In this document: positions 12,792 through 22,700 of the stretch, piece by piece
Position numbering within the stretch: position 1 is the first letter of the stretch
How the letters are laid out: each line of letters opens with the position of its first letter
Source: Nemertoderma westbladi
Taxonomy: Eukaryota > Animalia > Xenacoelomorpha
Reading direction: 5' to 3'
DNA length: 64,000 bases
NCBI GenBank assembly: GCA_032718475.1
Contig: JAUCBJ010001720.1
Span: 62,001-126,000, forward strand
Made by a program: the position numbers and the translations under genes
The notes under the pieces: model-generated
The model's input: only the letters and a program-made list of their open reading frames with translations
What the model was told of the DNA's origin: nothing
Databases searched by the model: none

Positions 12792-12905
12792 AAATTATAG
12801 TGAATGAATGGAGTAGGGTATAAATTTGTGAATTTTTTTAATTTGAAATTGAAAATTAGAAAGCACCCTGCATGTCTGAGTGTCGACTTGATCTACAACC
12901 ATTAG

Positions 12906-13436
12906 AACAACGCAAAAAATAGAGAATAGTATAACACCAGAAATTAAAGTGGTGAGTAACACCAAAAGTTATACGAATGATTTAGATGAAATTGAGGATA
13001 TGTTGACGTTCAATGCTGATGAGCGACGTAAAAACGATTTATCGTTGGTGGATGATATTGAAGAAACAATACTCAGTTCGTCTGGAGTACGCGAGGAGAA
13101 AAAAACAGATTATGAAAATCGTAAGACAGTTTCTAGGGAACACTTCGTTTCCTCTGGTGAAGTTAAAAATATAATACCAGGTCCTGCCGAAGTAACAAGT
13201 TCCCTAGAATCAGTCAGTTTGAACATGGAACAAAAGCGCTCAGATGGAAGTACGAAAATAAAGCGCTGGGGATCCGCGTCAGGCTCAGCCATCGGATCTA
13301 CTAGTGGAGCCAGGGGACCTACGAAAGGTCTTCCAGACATGTTCGAGGAGCCACGGCGGGATTCGGGTCAGATACAGCACGGGCGTAGACGAAGTCAATC
13401 TAACGTCGATAATACATCGGGAAATGGTTATCTAAG
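12906..13436 (+). CDS. IFT43: IFT43-like gene, putative exon 2
   Basis: CATTAG acceptor (phase 2), open frame throughout, donor AG|GTTAGG (phase 2). Confidence 0.72.
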
Positions 13437-13689
13437 GTTAGGGTGGTACATTTACATAAGGAGATGGTTATAGTTACCTATTATAGTAATAAATAATTAT
13501 AATTACTTAATAAAATAATCAAGTATATAAATGAAAATGGGAAAAATATTTACCGAAGAGCCATGAAGGCAAGTTTTGATAATACCGATAATTAGACACA
13601 CCAGATACAAAAAAAAAGTTTGTTGTGTAATTGTTGTGCTAGCTGAGAGTTACAATAAAAACTTACAGCGCTATAACTTTAATTAACAG

Positions 13690-14438
13690 TAGCTCAGAAT
13701 AAAGTAGTACGATTTATTAAAGACTACAAACCTAGGCACCACCTAACTCCAGATGACTTTTCTGAATCTGGACTACTTAACTTAGATAGTAGAGTTAAGC
13801 AGCTACGCCTTAACCATGTGCATAAAGTGTATAATGGTAAATGTCCCAATTACCTAAAACAAAAATTCAACAGAGTACGCGATACACACTCTTACAGTAC
13901 CAGAGCTAGTGCTTCAAACTTCTACCTCCCGAATTGTAAATCCTTTGAATCTGATACTTTCTTTTTTAACGGCATAAAAAATTGGAACGCTCTGCCTAAT
14001 GAAATTAAAAACCTAAATAATCAACATTCTTTTAAATCTGCAGTTAAATCTCATCTCCGTGTGCAATGTAAAAATAGGTACAATAGTCCTACAGTAAGTT
14101 ATTAGTTTATTAATTATTTACTATTTATACTGTAATTACGTTTTATATTAAATTGTTCTGTACATTACATCTTTATCGTTGAGTCGGACATTGTCACGCT
14201 CTCGGTAAAGTTGTACATGTACATAGTGTAATTACGTTTTATATGGGTTTTAGGTTAGCGTAGTGTAATATTGTATTTGTAACCAAGTAACATAAAGGAC
14301 CCCCTTGGAAATAAGCTGCAAAGCTTTAGGGGTAATCCTATATGTTATGTTGGACAATACCTTTATACCGGTAAATTGTTTGGTGTATTTGTTATTGTTT
14401 TTTCATAATGTATAAATAAATCTATCTATCTATCTATC
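13690..14438 (+). mobile_element. 5'-truncated CR1/L2-group LINE 3' end with (TATC)n tail
   Basis: AQNKVVRFI..RVKQLRLNHVHK..HSYSTR..FFFNGIKNWNALP..FKSAVKSHL is a typical CR1/L2/Crack ORF2 C-terminus; followed by a 3'UTR, AATAAA and TATC tail; TAACAG on both flanks. Confidence 0.88.
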
Positions 14439-14444
14439 TAACAG

Positions 14445-14607
14445 AACACCACTAAGTAATAAGACGATAATGAGGTCCACTGAAGATTTGATACGAGGTC
14501 TAGAATCAGCTATTGATGAAGTTGATGATGTTAACCCCAATATCCGCCCCCAAACCAATTCTAGGAAGACCCCATCGCTAACAAAATTTGCTGTTCCCGA
14601 ACTACAA
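14445..14607 (+). CDS. IFT43: IFT43-like gene, exon 3
   Basis: CTAACAG acceptor (phase 2); open frame TPLSNKTIMRSTEDLIRG...PELQ; donor CAA|GTAAGT, phase 0. Confidence 0.78.
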
Positions 14608-14702
14608 GTAAGTTTAGGATATTAATAACACCGGTATCGATGCAATATTAAATATTTATAACTTTATCAATCAAATGTTATGCATACACTGTATGCACAC
14701 AG

Positions 14703-14801
14703 GTGTCTGTAGATGACGATGCTATGCCAATGATTCCAGATATTGCAGACGCCGATGATGAAGAACTGATATTGCAAGTTGCATCGGCTCCTATTGGTCA
14801 G
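14703..14801 (+). CDS. IFT43: IFT43, exon 4 (conserved domain)
   Basis: VSVDDDAMPMIPDIADADDEELILQVASAPIGQ resembles the IFT43 IPxIPDL..ED...QVAxxP motif; CACAG acceptor and GTTAGT donor. Confidence 0.9.
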
Positions 14802-15524
14802 GTTAGTGTCCTTCGGGTAGAGCTCTACGATAGTTAATATATCGGGATATTTGTGATATTTAAAGTAATTTGAGAACGGACAAATTTCCAGACTTGACTT
14901 GATTTTTCAGACAATTAATTAGAGCACTTTCCAAATTAAAAACTAACATTTTCACAATATGAGGCACTTCCTTAAGTCATATGGAGCTAATTGGTTCATC
15001 TGAATCGCAACTACCGATTTAGTCAGCCGATTACCCCAATAATAGTTCGCGATATACAGATATAACCGCGAATATTCGAGTATCTGCCTCAACATGGCGG
15101 ATACGCAATTTGGAGGGCTTTCCTAAATGTCGAATTTCACTTACTAAACGTCAAATAAAAATCTGAATTTTCAACCCTTTCTTCGGTCACAGCATTGCAG
15201 CATAGCTGATCCTCTAGCAAAGGACAGGAGACAAATTTCGAATTTTAATATTTTGGGAAATTTCGAAAAAAATTTCAAAATTTGAAATTCAATAGTTGCT
15301 CCGCGGTTTTCCCCAGAGCATCTATCTACTCAGCTATGGCCTAAGTTCGGAGAAACAAGTTGACACTTGCGATATTTAGCGACTTCTCGCCTACGGTAAA
15401 CTGCGAAAAGTTTAGTTTAGTTTTCGAAATGAAAAGTGCCAAATCTAAAAAGTGCAACTTTAGTACTAAAAATTAACTTTATTAAAGTTTCAGATTTTAA
15501 CTTAAGAATACAGCCATGATGCTA

Positions 15525-15895
15525 GATACTCCCCATCTATCTAGAAACGTCCACAGTCTATCTAGAAATCTACATTATCTCTCTATAAACCTCGACTGTT
15601 CCACTAGAACACCCCCCCCCCCCCCCCCCCACCCATCTAGAAACCAGAAACCTCCATTATCTTTCTATAAACCCCCACTATCTCTCTAGAAACTCTCTAG
15701 AAACCTCTACTGTCTCTCTAGAAACTTACTTTCACTGACTCTAAGAAACCTCCAATGTTCCACTAGAAACCCCCACACCACCCCCCCCCCGTCTCCACAG
15801 AAACCACCCTATCCATCTAGACATCTCCATTGTCTATCTAGAAACCTCCACTATTCCACTAGACCCCCCCCCCCCCTACCTCTCTAGAAACTTCC
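15525..15895. repeat. Degenerate CTAGAAAC-core tandem repeat with poly-C tracts (intronic)
   Basis: Many CTAGAAAC(C/T)TCCA-like units. Confidence 0.7.
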
Positions 15896-15916
15896 TTTCT
15901 CTTTGTTATATTAAAG

Positions 15917-16135
15917 GGCCACCGAATGGAAACCTACAGAGAGTTAACCGACGATTTAAGTAAACAGCTCACCGTGCCAGTAAAGAGTCTGGCTACCACC
16001 GACTTAAAGTTACTAACTAAAGTGATTGGTCAGCCTGCGGAATTGCAGGAAGATGACGTGGCCTGGGATTGGACGCAGGTCTTTACGGAAATATCATCTG
16101 AGTTGAAGTCAGAATGGATGGAAAGAGAAATATAA
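15917..16135 (+). CDS. IFT43: IFT43, last exon
   Basis: RMETYRELTDDL...DLKLLTKVI....LQEDDVAWDWTQVFTEISSELKSEW is the hallmark IFT43 C-terminus; AATAAA at ~16150. Confidence 0.93.
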   Translation, partial: GHRMETYRELTDDLSKQLTVPVKSLATTDLKLLTKVIGQPAELQEDDVAWDWTQVFTEISSELKSEWMEREI

Positions 16136-16687
16136 AATAGAACTCGCAGAATAAAAATGTTGTCCATGTGAGAGGAGTAAACCTCGAGGGTGTTTAACTG
16201 GAAATTATTAGTTAATAAAATCGACTTTCGCTAAATAGTAGGCCATGGCCAGTGATTTTATAGTGCCACAATTTATTCACCACTAACCTCATTATAGTTT
16301 TCTATACAATAATAATGGTAAATTTACAGACATATTATTATATTATTCCCTATTATTTTGTTTGGGTGGCTCATAATTTTTTTTCGCTTTATAAACTTTT
16401 CGCTATTTTTAATTCAGTGAGAAATATCACAAGATATGGACGTTCAACATTGAACATTGGAATTCTATACACAACACAATCATTAATAAGTTTCACAGTT
16501 CGTTCCATATTTGATATTTCCACAACTTGTAGTTTTATAAAATTATAACATGGAATAAAATAATTTATAATATTATTCTATTGAACGAAGACAAATAAAG
16601 TGATTGGCCAATATCTGCTCATTCTTTATTACATGTTTAAGAAGCTCAGCCTGAGTTAACTTTAGTTAACTTTATTATTTAATTGTA

Positions 16688-19018
16688 TTAACTCACGTGG
16701 GTGGCATCTTCGTTTCTGATGTTGTCTGCAGGCATTGGTCGCTTTGGACACCGATCATCTACATGACTAGAACCGCCATCTTCTTTTGTAACGACAGTAT
16801 CAACGTGACCCGTGACTAATTCTGAATCGACATCAACAACCGGCATTGGTCGTCGTGGACATCTCTCGTTTGTCGGTTCGGTGAGTCTAACTAAATCAAC
16901 GGTTGGGTATTTCGTACAGATATCAGTTAGTTTAACATCCTCGACAGATGTACATTGCTCTGTGGGTTGTTTTATAGCCACATTGCCTTCGTCTTTATCG
17001 ACAACATCCAACTGGTCTATGTTGCTAAACGGCATTGGTCGTTTGGGGACTCTATCACCGGGTGGGGTGTAGGGCCGAAGTACTGATGTGTCGCCCAATG
17101 GGGTGCTGCACACAGCGGAGGAGTAATGTGTCGGATCCATTCGGGAATCGCTGTCGCTCCTACGGCCGCAAATAGCGGAAACATCGACTTTGTTTATAGT
17201 TCCCACGGAAGAGTCGAGCACCGCGGTAGTCGAGGTTAAAAGGGCTTCGTTAAAAAAGTCGCTGGATTGCTCGGCCTCAAAACCATCGAGTTCATCGTCG
17301 TTAAGTTCTGTTAGATCGATGGAATCTTCTAGGACCATCGACTCCTCTATAGCGGCAACGTCTTCATCGAGCATAGCGGCAAGGTTATCCCCCCCGTCGA
17401 TGCTGCAATGAACTACAGTCGAGATGTTCTCAACATCTTCGTCTAGAGGGTCTTCCGGGCGTTTACTGCATTCGGAAACCTCTACGACTGCGCTGACATC
17501 ATCAACTGCGGTACTTTCTGACTTGTTATAGAGTTTAATATATTCATCCTTTGCCGATGCCATGCACTGTTCAACTACCACACCTATATCGATAGGCTCG
17601 ATACCACTGCTCGAGGGATCGTCCTCCGTAAGCGTGTTATCCGCATCCACAACGGCGACATCCTCATCAACATTGGTGGAAACTACTTTTATTGCCCCGT
17701 CAACTATACTATTCATAACATCAGCAACCAACGAATGTGGTTCGAATTCGCTTTCCAACTTACTGACATCCCAGGAGCCAGTAGGTGCAGCTGGAAGTTC
17801 GGTGCTTTCCGCTACTTTCTCTTCTACATCTTCGATGGGAGTTTCGTTGAGGGCAGGAGTTGAGCTTATGGTAGGAAATTCGTTATCGCAAACCACAATA
17901 GCCTGTTCATTCTCAACCAGCACGTCTATCAAGGATTTATTCCCGTTCGCTATGGTAATTAGAGCGGAAGGCACTCGGATATCGTCGTCAACTAGAACAT
18001 GTAGTCTCATAGGTTCCTCGGTGTACTCCAGTATTTTATTATTGGCTTCCTCAGTCCAACCGGCGGTCTCGTCTATAGGCGAGCAGTTCGCCAGTCGGAC
18101 AGTCACTAACTGCGAGACAACATCGGCAAACTGACTGACAATCGGGAAAACCTTGGAGAGAGGAACCGTAGCCGAGTTGCCGTAATCTACGAAGTAAACA
18201 TCGCAAGCGTCGGCGGTTGTCGATACAATCTCAGCGCGATACAACTGGCTATCCTCAGTAAACTCCGCGATGCAATGGGAACCTACATCGGGCGGCGACT
18301 CTAACGGGCAGTTCGTCGTCCTGTAATATTCCGTTAAACGCGTAGAAAACGCCTCAAAGTCGTCGTTATCAATTTGGAACACTAGATTATTTGGGAGTTC
18401 GCAGGAAATGAGAAACACATTGAGAACTTCTCCAACTTCCAACACGGGTTTAGCAACTCGAATCTCCGGCTCTTTAATTAATTTATCTAGTAAATTACAA
18501 CCATCGATGTGGACGTTTATACCGATTCTATTGTCAACGATCTCAACTACATCGATATCAAAAGCGATATCGGCACACAACTGGGATACTAATTGCACTG
18601 CATCACTACGGAGGTCATTGCGACTATTTGCACCAACGATATACGACTCAAATGATTGCACGTCCAACGTTGTAAAGTCTCTTCTAGCTATGAAGAGTTT
18701 GTCGTTGGGAAGAGTTTCGGAACTACCGTAATCGACAAACTTTACTGTTGAGGAACCGTCTTTGGTTTCTGTGACGGTGGCTCTGTAGTGCTCGCCGTAC
18801 TCTACAGAGAGAGCGACGCAGACAACAGCCTGTTCAACCTCCGGAAGTGGAACTAGGGTAGACATTCGCAGTCGGTCCATCAACGCAGTGAGTTCGTTTT
18901 CGGTTGACGTCGGTTGGAGGTACAACTGGTTCAATGAGTTCGCACTCAGTAAGTAGACGGAGAGACTCTCCCCGACGGTGATCGAGGGTGGTGTGTATGA
19001 ATGGGATGGGATTGACAC
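16688..19018 (-). CDS. Multi-Tudor protein (Tudor/TDRD6-type), last exon: 2 extended Tudor domains and an acidic tail
   Basis: TTTATTTACAG acceptor, phase 0; HYRA..FVDYGS and FTEDSQLYRA..FVDYGN Tudor motifs; stop at 16688. Confidence 0.93.
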   Translation of the reverse strand: MSIPSHSYTPPSITVGESLSVYLLSANSLNQLYLQPTSTENELTALMDRLRMSTLVPLPEVEQAVVCVALSVEYGEHYRATVTETKDGSSTVKFVDYGSSETLPNDKLFIARRDFTTLDVQSFESYIVGANSRNDLRSDAVQLVSQLCADIAFDIDVVEIVDNRIGINVHIDGCNLLDKLIKEPEIRVAKPVLEVGEVLNVFLISCELPNNLVFQIDNDDFEAFSTRLTEYYRTTNCPLESPPDVGSHCIAEFTEDSQLYRAEIVSTTADACDVYFVDYGNSATVPLSKVFPIVSQFADVVSQLVTVRLANCSPIDETAGWTEEANNKILEYTEEPMRLHVLVDDDIRVPSALITIANGNKSLIDVLVENEQAIVVCDNEFPTISSTPALNETPIEDVEEKVAESTELPAAPTGSWDVSKLESEFEPHSLVADVMNSIVDGAIKVVSTNVDEDVAVVDADNTLTEDDPSSSGIEPIDIGVVVEQCMASAKDEYIKLYNKSESTAVDDVSAVVEVSECSKRPEDPLDEDVENISTVVHCSIDGGDNLAAMLDEDVAAIEESMVLEDSIDLTELNDDELDGFEAEQSSDFFNEALLTSTTAVLDSSVGTINKVDVSAICGRRSDSDSRMDPTHYSSAVCSTPLGDTSVLRPYTPPGDRVPKRPMPFSNIDQLDVVDKDEGNVAIKQPTEQCTSVEDVKLTDICTKYPTVDLVRLTEPTNERCPRRPMPVVDVDSELVTGHVDTVVTKEDGGSSHVDDRCPKRPMPADNIRNEDATHVS

Positions 19019-19325
19019 CTGTAAATAAACAACAACATCATTACGTCCGGAATGCGCTCATATTGAACGTGCCACATAATTAATACCCTGGCACAATATT
19101 TAATATAATTTAATTTCAGTAAATTATTTATGGGTCGCCCATAAAGAATGTCAGAGGTCATGGGGGGTGGGGGGGGGGGGGGGGGGGGGGGATGGGGGTT
19201 TTGGGCTAATTGAGGAGGCCTGATTTTTCGCTTTTTAATAATTACTCTTAACAAACGGGTCCGAATTTGGTCAGTTTGCTGAAATTAGATATTGGTTGGG
19301 ACGAGACCTTTATTACTGTTCATAC

Positions 19326-19400
19326 GGCGCAGTGGCGAAGTTGGTAGAGCGTTGGACTTGGAATCTCTAGGTACCGAGTTCAATTCCACTTTCCGGTGAA
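19326..19400 (+). mobile_element. tRNA-derived SINE head or tRNA pseudogene (intronic)
   Basis: A-box-like GTGGCGAAGTTGG, anticodon-arm-like GACTTGGAATC, B-box-like GAGTTCAATTCC; acceptor stem does not pair. Confidence 0.55.
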
Positions 19401-19785
19401 TTATTTTGCCAGTAAGATTGCGTAGTAAGCCATCCAAAGGAGACAGTTCATGTGTTAGTAGACGCGGACCTTTGAGCGATTTCGCGCTTGCTTATTTATA
19501 AACTTGCTTCACTCGTGGGTTTACCCTTATCAGGGCACTAAAAGTGCTTCTTTCTCAAAAATATAAGTTTGTCAATTTTTCTACTTACATTAACTTTTTG
19601 ATATTCTAGAAAAATGTGAAAATTGATTTCAAATAAAAGAAGTTTAATCTACTTAATCTCTGACAATTTTTCTAGAACTTCAAAAATTTTGATGTAGAGA
19701 AAACTTAAAAATAGTTTGTAGTTCTAATTTAATTATAAAGTTACATCTTTTCAATACAACAGTAATTAGCCATCCGCATACAAAC

Positions 19786-22700
19786 CTTTCGTTTTAAAAC
19801 ACCTGCATGTTCCTCAACTAGTTTGACTGCGACATCCCATTGAGATATTTTACCAACGTCATCTCCTTCGGGGATTACAGCCAAGGTCACGGATGTCGTA
19901 CCGTCCGCATCACAATCCATCGGGGCAGCTTCTAGCAGGAGACCCGCCAACATACCCTCAAACTCCTCGCTCAACTCAGCGGACCAGCTCTCCCCGCCAG
20001 CAACCTCCACCCCAGCGAGGGAACAGTTGACGCAGAACCGCGGCGAAACCGCAAACTCCGCTAATAACGGACGTAACTGACTAACTGGCGTTGTCTGCTC
20101 GTTGCCGAAGTCTATAAATCGCACCACAACGGAGTCATCAACCGGCGCGCTAACAATCTCAGCACGATAGTAGGTGCCATCATCCTCGAACATTACAGCG
20201 CAAAGTTTGCCCGGCACTGGTACGACCACGCTGCCACTCACATGCTCAGAGTATTTGCTTGTCATTTGATCTTTTAATATATCGAGCGTCTGTAATTCAT
20301 CATCTACAATCTGAATATAAAAGTCATCGGGGGAATTAACGTGAATAATCTGTGATTGACAGGTGGAGTTGAATTCACGTTTGGCGATTCCGTCATCGAC
20401 TGTTATATCAACTTTACGAGCGAGATTTTCATTGGCTAGAACTTCAGCCACATTCTCTCCTTTAGAGTTCACCATAGTTACACCGAGTTTTACGAGTCCC
20501 CATTCAGTGCGGCCGACTTCGTAAACTGTCGCCCTAAGTTCCTCCTCTCCTAAAACCTCCAACAAACGAGCTAAAATATCTTCCGACCATTCGGAGACCT
20601 CCTCGGGGGAATCAACTGGCTCAACGGCGTCAACAAACTTATCGTCATCTTCATTGCCGGTGTCGTCTACAACGGCGGTGGTCCCGTCATCAGCAGTTAG
20701 AGTGTCGTCTTTAGTGGCGGTTGATTCATCACCGACAGCATCTTTTACGTCCACAGTTTGCTCCCCATCTTTGGCTGGAGACAAATTCTCTTTAGCATCA
20801 ACAAAGGCTGCCTCCTCTTCCGAGTCCACATTTTCACTAAACTTCGCTCCAATGGACTCCAATCCTAGAAGTTTTAAGCAGAATGCGTGTGGTGATGTCT
20901 GGGACAAATCGCCTTCTAAACTGCGAATATCTTTGAGCGGAACATGATCCGTGCTCCCATAGTCAACATGGAACACATCCATGGCACCATCGACTGGAGG
21001 TCGCAGTTTAACTCTATACCAACCTTCGTCAGCTGCGTACTTGGCCGCATATAATTTATCAGCCTCCACTTCGGATGGAGGAGACTTTTCGGCACAAGCG
21101 ACTTCTACTTCAGCCATCATGTTGTCTATACGATCCAGCGAATCCTTGAGTTGAACCCATATCTCCGATGGACTGTTGCAAAGACTAACCAAAACAGATA
21201 CGGTATCAAATCGTTTGATATCTTCCACTTCTTTTTGGGGAGCTACTGTCACTTCATCCACAACCTCGGAAACAACAGGAACAATTTCCTCAACTACTTC
21301 ATCCAAGGCAACTTCTGCGTCCAATTCATTCAATAAGTGAAGTCCTGCCAAATTTATTAAATATGCCAAATCGAAACCATCAACTTCTATACTCACCTCG
21401 TAACAGTCCTGACTCTTTACATTGGTTTCATTGGGAATTTTGCCAACAATTCTACAACTCAGTTCTTTATCAGTAACAATTTTATCTAGAGTTTCATTCC
21501 AATCAAGGGCTTCAGGGACTTTCACCCCAATGAGTTTGCACATAACGGTTTGGGATGGCAGTGAGAATATACGATTACTTGCCGTGTACAACCGATCGCG
21601 AGGCAGTAACTCCGAGTTACCGTAGTCGAAATAGCGAACAAGGACATCGCCCTTGGGAGAAACTTCCTCTACACTCGCTCTGTAATAAACATCATCTTCG
21701 GTAAATTGACCGATAGCAACAGTATTGACGGAGGGTTCGATTAGCTTCTCACTGTCAGCTGCGTAGATGGCCTCGATATCGTTAGTGTAGAGTAAGTTGA
21801 GGGGATCGGCAAGCGCGAGCAATTGGCAGAAGTAGGTATCCACGGACTCCTTGTGAGTGATATCTATGGAGACTGTCTCACCTGGTCTCAAAACAACACC
21901 TCTGAAACCGGGAGGACCCCAATCCGCTACTTTCTTACCAACCATAGATTCGGCAACATCTACACCATCTACAATCAGTCTTACTAAAGGTGTTTCTTTA
22001 GAATTGGTTACGTTGCAGATTAAATCAGCGTTCGCAATAATTTCGTTGAGTTCGTCAGTGGCCTCAGCGGACCACTCGTTATTTCCATTGGGGACGACAC
22101 CTTCGAGGGCTACTCTCAATGTGAACCATGTATCGACAGATAGTTCGGCAGGGAGAGGCTTTATTTTATTCAAATCCGAAACGGATTCCGAATTTCCGTA
22201 ATCCCTAAAGCGAACCACAAGCTCTCCATCGTCATTGAGAGATTCGATAAAAGATCTGTACCACATTTGATCTTCTGAGAACTGACATAAACAATACTGA
22301 CTACGGACATCCGCATTGCTAACAACAACACGTTCCAAATTAGCCTCATTACCCTTATTATCAACTATCCCATGCCCAAATTCCACAAGATATTCTCCTT
22401 CGCTGGGAATAGAAGAAACAACACCAAGTTTCCAGTTTTGGTTAACCATCGCGTAGACAGTGGAACCTACAGAATGTGCATCAAGCGATATGACGTCGGC
22501 TATCCCCTTGTCTTGAACGACACTAGCTAGTTGGTTGAGTTCATCTTCCTGGTCGGCGCGAAGCAAGTATATCTCGGATGGACTCTCGACGTGCGAAACA
22601 AAAACTTTAAAGGAATCTCCGAACGCCAGTGGTCTGTCGAAAGGATGATTACAAGGATTGAGGGCAGCAAGAGAGGCATTCACGCCAACACCACCCGCTT

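Noticed and set aside
14970-15510. Possible TTAA-targeting DNA transposon in an IFT43 intron
   Set aside because: Looks repeat-derived, but no matching TIRs were found.
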